NCBI GenBank assembly: GCA_963668645.2 | Contig: CAXXWC010000019.1 | Span: forward strand, 512,001-576,000 | Direction: 5' to 3' | Length of the DNA: 64,000 nucleotides | Source: Desulfobacterales bacterium | Lineage (GTDB): Bacteria > Desulfobacterota > Desulfobacteria > Desulfobacterales > UBA2174 | Part shown: one piece after another, positions 58,377 to 64,000 of the stretch | Layout: each line of letters opens with the position of its first letter | Numbering within the stretch: position 1 is the stretch's first letter | The notes under the pieces: model-generated | Databases searched by the model: none | Told to the model about the DNA's origin: nothing | The model's input: the letters and a program-made list of their open reading frames with translations, nothing else | Program-made: the position numbers and the translations under genes

Positions 58377-59357
58377 ATGCAAGACGACAAATGCCAGGAT
58401 GCCGGACAGTGCCGCATGGATCTGGACGAATGCGCCCGGATGCGCTCCCGGCTGCCCGAGATCACCGAGCGGATCATCGCCGGTTGCAACGACGCCGATT
58501 GCTTTGCCCATATCGACCACGAGCCTCTTGCCCGCGAAGGCTACGTGGTGGATATCATCGCCCGGCTGCGCGAGCTGCTCTTTCCTGGCTATTTCAGCCG
58601 CGACAAGCTCGATCCGTTCAACTACCGCTACGCCCTGGGCCAGACCGCGGCCCAGCTCTACGACCGGCTCAGCGAGCAGATCACCCATTCGATCCGCCAC
58701 GAGTGCCTGCGCCATGACCTGCCGTGCAGCGACTGCGTCGAGCGGGGTCGGCGCATCTGCCTCGACCTGCTCGAGAGCCTGCCCCAGATCCGCAAGGTTC
58801 TGGCCACCGACGTGCGGGCGGCCTACGACGGGGACCCGGCCGCCAAGAGCCACGACGAAATCGTTTTTTCCTACCCGGGCATCTTCGCCATCACGGTCTA
58901 CCGGGTGGCCCACCGGCTCTACCAGCTCGAAGTCCCCCTGCTGCCGCGCATCATGACCGAGCACGCCCACAGCCTGACCGGAATCGACATCCATCCCGGG
59001 GCCGAAATCGGCGAGCGCTTCGTCATCGACCACGGCACCGGGGTGGTGATCGGCGAGACCACCGAAATCGGCAGCAACGTGCGCATCTACCAGGGCGTCA
59101 CCCTGGGGGCCCTTTCCCTGCCCAAGGACGCCGGGGCGCGCTACCGCGGCCGCAAGCGCCATCCGACCATCCAGGATGACGTGATCATCTACTCGGGGGC
59201 CACCATCCTGGGCGGGGATACCGTCATCGGAGCCCGCTCGGTGATCGGCGGCAACGTCTGGCTGACCGAGTCGGTGCCGCCCGACACCCGGGTGATTCTC
59301 GAGACCCCGCGCCTGATCATCGGGCGCATGGGCCAGAGGGAAAAAGATGAATCTTAG
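58377..59357 (+). CDS. cysE: Serine O-acetyltransferase
   Basis: GDPAA, YPG, DIHPGA, IDHGTGVVIGET, KRHPT. Confidence 0.95.
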   Translation: MQDDKCQDAGQCRMDLDECARMRSRLPEITERIIAGCNDADCFAHIDHEPLAREGYVVDIIARLRELLFPGYFSRDKLDPFNYRYALGQTAAQLYDRLSEQITHSIRHECLRHDLPCSDCVERGRRICLDLLESLPQIRKVLATDVRAAYDGDPAAKSHDEIVFSYPGIFAITVYRVAHRLYQLEVPLLPRIMTEHAHSLTGIDIHPGAEIGERFVIDHGTGVVIGETTEIGSNVRIYQGVTLGALSLPKDAGARYRGRKRHPTIQDDVIIYSGATILGGDTVIGARSVIGGNVWLTESVPPDTRVILETPRLIIGRMGQREKDES

Positions 59358-59414
59358 CCGAGGGCGGCCGTCCGACCGGCCGCATACCGCCGATTCAAAC
59401 ACAGGAGGCCCGAC

Positions 59415-60341
59415 ATGCCGATCTATGACCGCATCGATATGACCGTCGGCCGCACCCCGCTGCTGCGCCTGACCCGCATGGCGGAGGATCTCAAGGCCGA
59501 AGTGCTGGCCAAGCTGGAGTTTTTCAACCCCCTGGGCAGCGTCAAGGACCGCATCGCCCGTTCGATGATCGAGGCGGCCGAGGCCGAAGGCCGCATCGGT
59601 CCGGGGGCCCTGATCGTGGAGCCCACCAGCGGCAACACCGGCATCGGCCTGGCGTTTATCGCCGCGGCCCGCGGCTACCGGCTCTGCCTGACCATGCCCG
59701 AAACCATGAGCGTCGAACGGCGCAAACTGCTGCACCATCTGGGTGCGCAACTGGTGCTGACCCCCGGCGCCGAAGGGATGGGCGGGGCCATCGCCCGGGC
59801 CGAGGCCATCGCGGCCCGCGAGAGCGGCGCCTTCATGCCCAACCAGTTCGCCAACCCGGCCAATCCCAAGGCCCACCGTGAGACCACGGCCGAGGAGATC
59901 TGGCAGGACACCGGCGGCCGCATCGACATCCTGGTGGCCGGGGTGGGCACGGGGGGCACGATCACCGGAATTTCCCAGGTGCTCAAGGCGCGCAACCCGG
60001 CCTTCAAGGCCGTGGCGGTGGAACCGGCCGGATCCCCGGTGCTTTCCGGCGGGCCAAAGGGGCCCCACAAGATTCAGGGGATCGGGGCCGGCTTCGTGCC
60101 CGCCATCCTGGAACGCGGTCTTATCGACGAGGTAATAACGGTGGAAGACGAGGCGGCTTTCGAGACGGCCCGGGCCCTGGCCCGGCGGGAAGGCATCCTC
60201 TGCGGGATCTCTTCGGGGGCCGCGGTCTGGGCGGCCCTTGAGGTGGCCCGGCGGCCCGAAAATGCGGGCAAGCGCATCGCGGTGATCCTGCCCAGCACCG
60301 GGGAACGCTACATCAGCACGCCCCTGTTTGCCGAGGCGTGA
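59415..60341 (+). CDS. cysK: Cysteine synthase A
   Basis: [39 protein letters not shown]. Confidence 0.96.
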   Translation: MPIYDRIDMTVGRTPLLRLTRMAEDLKAEVLAKLEFFNPLGSVKDRIARSMIEAAEAEGRIGPGALIVEPTSGNTGIGLAFIAAARGYRLCLTMPETMSVERRKLLHHLGAQLVLTPGAEGMGGAIARAEAIAARESGAFMPNQFANPANPKAHRETTAEEIWQDTGGRIDILVAGVGTGGTITGISQVLKARNPAFKAVAVEPAGSPVLSGGPKGPHKIQGIGAGFVPAILERGLIDEVITVEDEAAFETARALARREGILCGISSGAAVWAALEVARRPENAGKRIAVILPSTGERYISTPLFAEA

Positions 60342-60387
60342 AGCGTCCCGCGGCGGCCGGCACTCCGGGTGCGACTGCCGGTCGACC

Positions 60388-62310
60388 TTAGGACTGGGCC
60401 GGTTTGAGGTGGCACACCGAGGTCGAAAAATCTTTCTTGTCCACGGTTTCGATCAGCTGCCACCCGGTTTTGGTCAGAAACTGGGCCGCCGTTTCGAGTT
60501 CTGCCTCGAAAACGAATACCAGCACCTCGTCGCCGGCCCTGAATTCCAAACCATCGCCGATGGGCACGACCATTTCGTTGCGCCAAACCGCAGCGGCCAG
60601 CAAGCCCCCGCGCGGGTAGGCCGCCATCCAGCGACCGGCCCGGGGCTCGCCTCCGGCATCCGGCTCCCCGCGCCGCCAGCGCTGGAGGTAGACCTGCCTG
60701 GCCTTGATGCGCCGGTTCCACAGGTCGACGTCGACGGTCTTGGCGAAGAGCAGTTCGACACCGGCCTGATGGAGGATCCCGCGCGTCATGGACGCCGTGT
60801 CGTTCTTTAAAACCGCGTAGAACGGAACTTCCCGAGTCTCCTCCTTGACCTTGGCGGCAAACAGGAAGTTGACCTCGTCGTTCTGGGTCAGGGCCAGCAC
60901 GCCCCGGCGCGTGTCGATCTCGGCCCGCAGCAGATACCTGGCCTGCAAGCCGTTGCCGTAAATCACCCGGGTGCAGTCGTTCTCGGCTTCCGTGCAGTGG
61001 TCGGGATTCGAATCGATGCAGACCACCTCCTGGCCGTTTTCCTTGAAGAGCCGGGCCACGGCCCGGGCCAGGGCGTTGGCCCCCAGAATGACCCAGCCCA
61101 CCTGGCTGGGACGCCGCAGACCCAGCCCTCCGGCCACCAGCCCGCCCGTCAGTCCGGCAAAAACAACCGTTACGGCGATGACCAAAAAAACCAGGGCCCG
61201 CAGCGCATAGCCGCCGTCAAGACCCGTTTCGGCGAACACCGCGGCGAAAAATGAGGCCACCGCGGCCGCCACGATGCCCCGGGGACCGATCCAGGCGATG
61301 AAAAAGCGCTCTTTCCAGTCAAGGCCTGAAAAAGCCGTGCCGGCGGCCACGGCCGCCGGGCGCACCAGAAACATCAAGACCAGCACCACGCCCACGCCGG
61401 GCCAGCCCAGGTCGATCACCTGGGCCAGACGCACGTCGGCGGCCAACAGCACGAAAAGCATGCCGATGAGCAGGACGGTCAGCTCCTCCTTGAATTCGGC
61501 CAAATCGCGCAGGATCTGGGTGCGAAAATTGCCGATGACGATGCCGGCCATGGTCACGGCCGCGATCCCGCTTTCAGGTAAAATCAGGTTGGCCACCTGA
61601 AAAAGGGCCAGCACCACCGCGAGGGTAAAGACGTTCCCGGTCCCTTCGGGTATCAAGCGCCTGACCCGGAAAAGCCGGATCAGCAAAAATCCGGTCCCCG
61701 CTCCGGCCACGGCGCCGAAGGCCAGGCGCGACAAGACATGCCAGCTCCAGACCAGGAGCGATCCGTGGGCCGGGCCGAGGGCCGCTTCCAGGGCCACGGC
61801 CGCCACCACCGCGCCCAAAGCGTCGATGAGCACCCCCTCGGCTTCGAGTACGGCGGCCACCGATCGTTTGACCTTTAAGCGCTTGAGCAAAGGGTTGATC
61901 ACCGTCGGGCCCGTCACCATGACCAGGGTGCCGAAAAGCAGGGCGCTTTTCCAGGGCCAGGCCATGATGAAGTGGGCGGCCGCCGCACCGCCGGCTGCCG
62001 TGATCAGGCCGCCGGCCAGGATCAACTGGCGGATGGAGCGCTGAGCATGCTTCAAGCGCCGGAACTTGAGGTTGATGCCCCCCTCGAAAAGAATCACCGC
62101 CACGGCAAACCCGGTGAGGATGTTCAGGGCCGGGCCGAGGGAACCGGGCCGGATCAGGCCGGCCCCGTCCGGCCCGAGGGCCACACCGGCGGCCAGAAGC
62201 AGCACGATCCCCGGCACGCGCAGGTGGTAGGCCAGGGCCTGGGCGATCATGCCCAGGGCCAGGGCCAGCGCCAGGGTCAGGGCCGGATTGTAGAATACCG
62301 AGGGCGTCAT
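60388..62310 (-). CDS. CPA1 cation:proton antiporter with C-terminal RCK/TrkA-N domain
   Basis: ILFEGG, TGPTVI, EG.LID, GPRGIVAA; ILGAN Rossmann-like motif. Confidence 0.9.
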   Translation of the reverse strand: MTPSVFYNPALTLALALALGMIAQALAYHLRVPGIVLLLAAGVALGPDGAGLIRPGSLGPALNILTGFAVAVILFEGGINLKFRRLKHAQRSIRQLILAGGLITAAGGAAAAHFIMAWPWKSALLFGTLVMVTGPTVINPLLKRLKVKRSVAAVLEAEGVLIDALGAVVAAVALEAALGPAHGSLLVWSWHVLSRLAFGAVAGAGTGFLLIRLFRVRRLIPEGTGNVFTLAVVLALFQVANLILPESGIAAVTMAGIVIGNFRTQILRDLAEFKEELTVLLIGMLFVLLAADVRLAQVIDLGWPGVGVVLVLMFLVRPAAVAAGTAFSGLDWKERFFIAWIGPRGIVAAAVASFFAAVFAETGLDGGYALRALVFLVIAVTVVFAGLTGGLVAGGLGLRRPSQVGWVILGANALARAVARLFKENGQEVVCIDSNPDHCTEAENDCTRVIYGNGLQARYLLRAEIDTRRGVLALTQNDEVNFLFAAKVKEETREVPFYAVLKNDTASMTRGILHQAGVELLFAKTVDVDLWNRRIKARQVYLQRWRRGEPDAGGEPRAGRWMAAYPRGGLLAAAVWRNEMVVPIGDGLEFRAGDEVLVFVFEAELETAAQFLTKTGWQLIETVDKKDFSTSVCHLKPAQS

Positions 62311-62404
62311 CGCGTGGTGGGTCCCTTTGGCCGATGCCGCTTGCCGTGCGCGGGCAGGCCCCCGGTGGACCGGCGCAACCGGTGATGCACCGCAGCGGCG
62401 GGAT

Positions 62405-63061
62405 TCATTTCAGTTCCCGGATCCTGGCCAGGTCGCCCTCCTTGCCCAGGATGACGAGGATATCGCTGTCCTTGACGACGAAATCGGCGTCAGGCACCAT
62501 CAAAAAGCGCTCCGGGACCAACTCCTTGATGGCAATGACGTTGACCTGGTAGCGCTGGCGCAGCTCCAGCTGTTTGAGCGTCTTGCCGATGAAGGGCCGC
62601 GGCGGATCGATCTGGACGATGGTATAGTCCTCTTCCAGGGGCAGAAATTCGAGGATGTTGGGCGAGGTGAGACGCATGGCCAGCCGGTTGGCCATGTCCG
62701 CGCTCGGCCGGATGATTTCGGTGGCCCCGAGTTGTTTGAGGATTTCCCCGTGGTCGTCATCCTCGGCCTTGGCGATGATGCGCCCGACGCCCAGCCGCTT
62801 GAGGTGGAAACAGATCAGGATGCTCGGTTTGATGTTGGCCCCCGTGCTGACGATCACGGCATCCATCTCCTTGAGCCCCAGCCCCTTGATGGCCTCCATA
62901 TCGGTCACATCCGCCACGATGGCGCTGGTACAGTGCGGTTCGATGGCCTGCACCCGCTCCTTGGACCGGTCGATGGCGATGACCTCGTTCTTGTGTTCAT
63001 ACAGGGCCCGGGCAACGTAGTAGCCGAAACTGCCTGCACCGATGACGGCGAATCGTTTCAT
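62405..63061 (-). CDS. ktrA: KtrA/TrkA potassium uptake regulatory subunit
   Basis: FAVIGAGSFG, IIAKA, RCK-C domain. Confidence 0.9.
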   Translation of the reverse strand: MKRFAVIGAGSFGYYVARALYEHKNEVIAIDRSKERVQAIEPHCTSAIVADVTDMEAIKGLGLKEMDAVIVSTGANIKPSILICFHLKRLGVGRIIAKAEDDDHGEILKQLGATEIIRPSADMANRLAMRLTSPNILEFLPLEEDYTIVQIDPPRPFIGKTLKQLELRQRYQVNVIAIKELVPERFLMVPDADFVVKDSDILVILGKEGDLARIRELK

Positions 63062-63070
63062 GTGCACCTC

Positions 63071-64000
63071 TTATCCGATCATCATGTTTTCCTCGGCGTA
63101 CTGAACCCCCCGCTGGGTCCCGCCGCCGGCGATGATGTAGGTAAATGCCGGGACCCCCACCCGGCCGATGATCATCAGAATGATGATCACCAGCTTGCCG
63201 TGCCAGGTCAAGGCCGGGGTGACGCCCATTGAAAGCCCGACCGTGGCAAAGGCCGAGACGGCCTCGAAAAGATAGCTCAGAAACTGGCGCTGGCCCGCCA
63301 CGCGGCTGCCGTGGGCCGGATCGGCCAAAACGATGAGAAAGACCGCCAGGCTGATGGCCACCAGGGAAAAGACCAGGACCCCGACGCTCTTGGTAACCGT
63401 GGCCTCGGGCACCGTTTTGCGAAAGAGGTTGACGCACTTGTAGTGTTTGAGCCGGCTCCAGGAAAAGGCGGCCAGCACGGCCAGGGTGGTGGTCTTGATG
63501 CCGCCGCCGCACGATCCGGGTGAGGCGCCCACCAGCATCAGGAACATCATGAAAAGCAAAGTGGCCGTATTGAGCGAGGCGATATCCAGGGTGTTGAAGC
63601 CGGCCGTGCGGCAGGTCACCGATTGAAACAGGGCCGCCAGCAGCCCCTGGCCCGGCCCCAGGGCCGCCATCAACTGCCGCTCCGAGATCCAGATCAAGAT
63701 GACGCCGGCCGCGATCAACCCGGCCGTGGTCCACAGCACGCTGCGGGTCTGGAGCGAGAGCTTGCCGCCGGCCCGGCCCAGGGCGCGCCGGTAGAGCTCG
63801 AAGACCACCGGGAACCCGATCCCGCCCGCGACGATCAGGGCCGCCACGGTCAGGTTCAGCACCGGCGAGGCCCGGCCGTCCATCAAACTGTTGGCGAACT
63901 GGGAAAACCCGGCGTTGCAAAAGGCCGAAACACTGTGGAAAACAGCCTTGAAAAGCGCTTCGGGCCAGGGGCCGGCACCGCGCCAGTAAAAAAAAAGGAC
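63071..64000 (-). CDS. ktrB: KtrB/TrkH potassium uptake membrane subunit (partial, begins beyond the window)
   Basis: FHSVSAFCNAGF, RTAGFN, GASPGSCGGGIKTTT, SAFATVGLS.G, GRVG. Confidence 0.92.
   Translation of the reverse strand, partial: VLFFYWRGAGPWPEALFKAVFHSVSAFCNAGFSQFANSLMDGRASPVLNLTVAALIVAGGIGFPVVFELYRRALGRAGGKLSLQTRSVLWTTAGLIAAGVILIWISERQLMAALGPGQGLLAALFQSVTCRTAGFNTLDIASLNTATLLFMMFLMLVGASPGSCGGGIKTTTLAVLAAFSWSRLKHYKCVNLFRKTVPEATVTKSVGVLVFSLVAISLAVFLIVLADPAHGSRVAGQRQFLSYLFEAVSAFATVGLSMGVTPALTWHGKLVIIILMIIGRVGVPAFTYIIAGGGTQRGVQYAEENMMIG

Overview
A 64 kb window of a GC-rich bacterial chromosome. The gene content (TrpB2, EfpL, DUF166, type I-G cas genes) suggests a Desulfobacterota-like organism; this is inference. 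Three blocks stand out. (1) About 1.7-14.6 kb is a visibly lower-GC catabolic island next to an HD-GYP gene remnant. It carries a GntR regulator, a TAXI-TRAP transporter, a GlcD-like flavoprotein with Fe-S/CCG subunits, a homocitrate-synthase-like enzyme and an MmgE/PrpD protein, and is interrupted by an unclassified two-ORF IS with a -1 slippery site. (2) About 26.0-43.0 kb is a chimeric type I-G (I-U) CRISPR-Cas locus. In order it contains a divergent stand-alone Cas3, a WYL regulator, a second cas3 split by an intact IS66 (8-bp TSD) exactly at the helicase/HD boundary, csb3-csb1-csb2, a C-terminal scar of a different csb2, a four-helix-bundle gene, cas4/1, cas2, a leader and a 23-repeat/22-spacer array. 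(3) The rest is housekeeping genes: trpB2 with an unannotated Trp leader-peptide attenuator, efpL, lysC, a divergent ECF module, liv, gatZ-like, ABC-F, cysE/cysK and Ktr/Trk. No rRNA or tRNA genes were recognised. All family calls come from motif recognition by eye, not from database searches.
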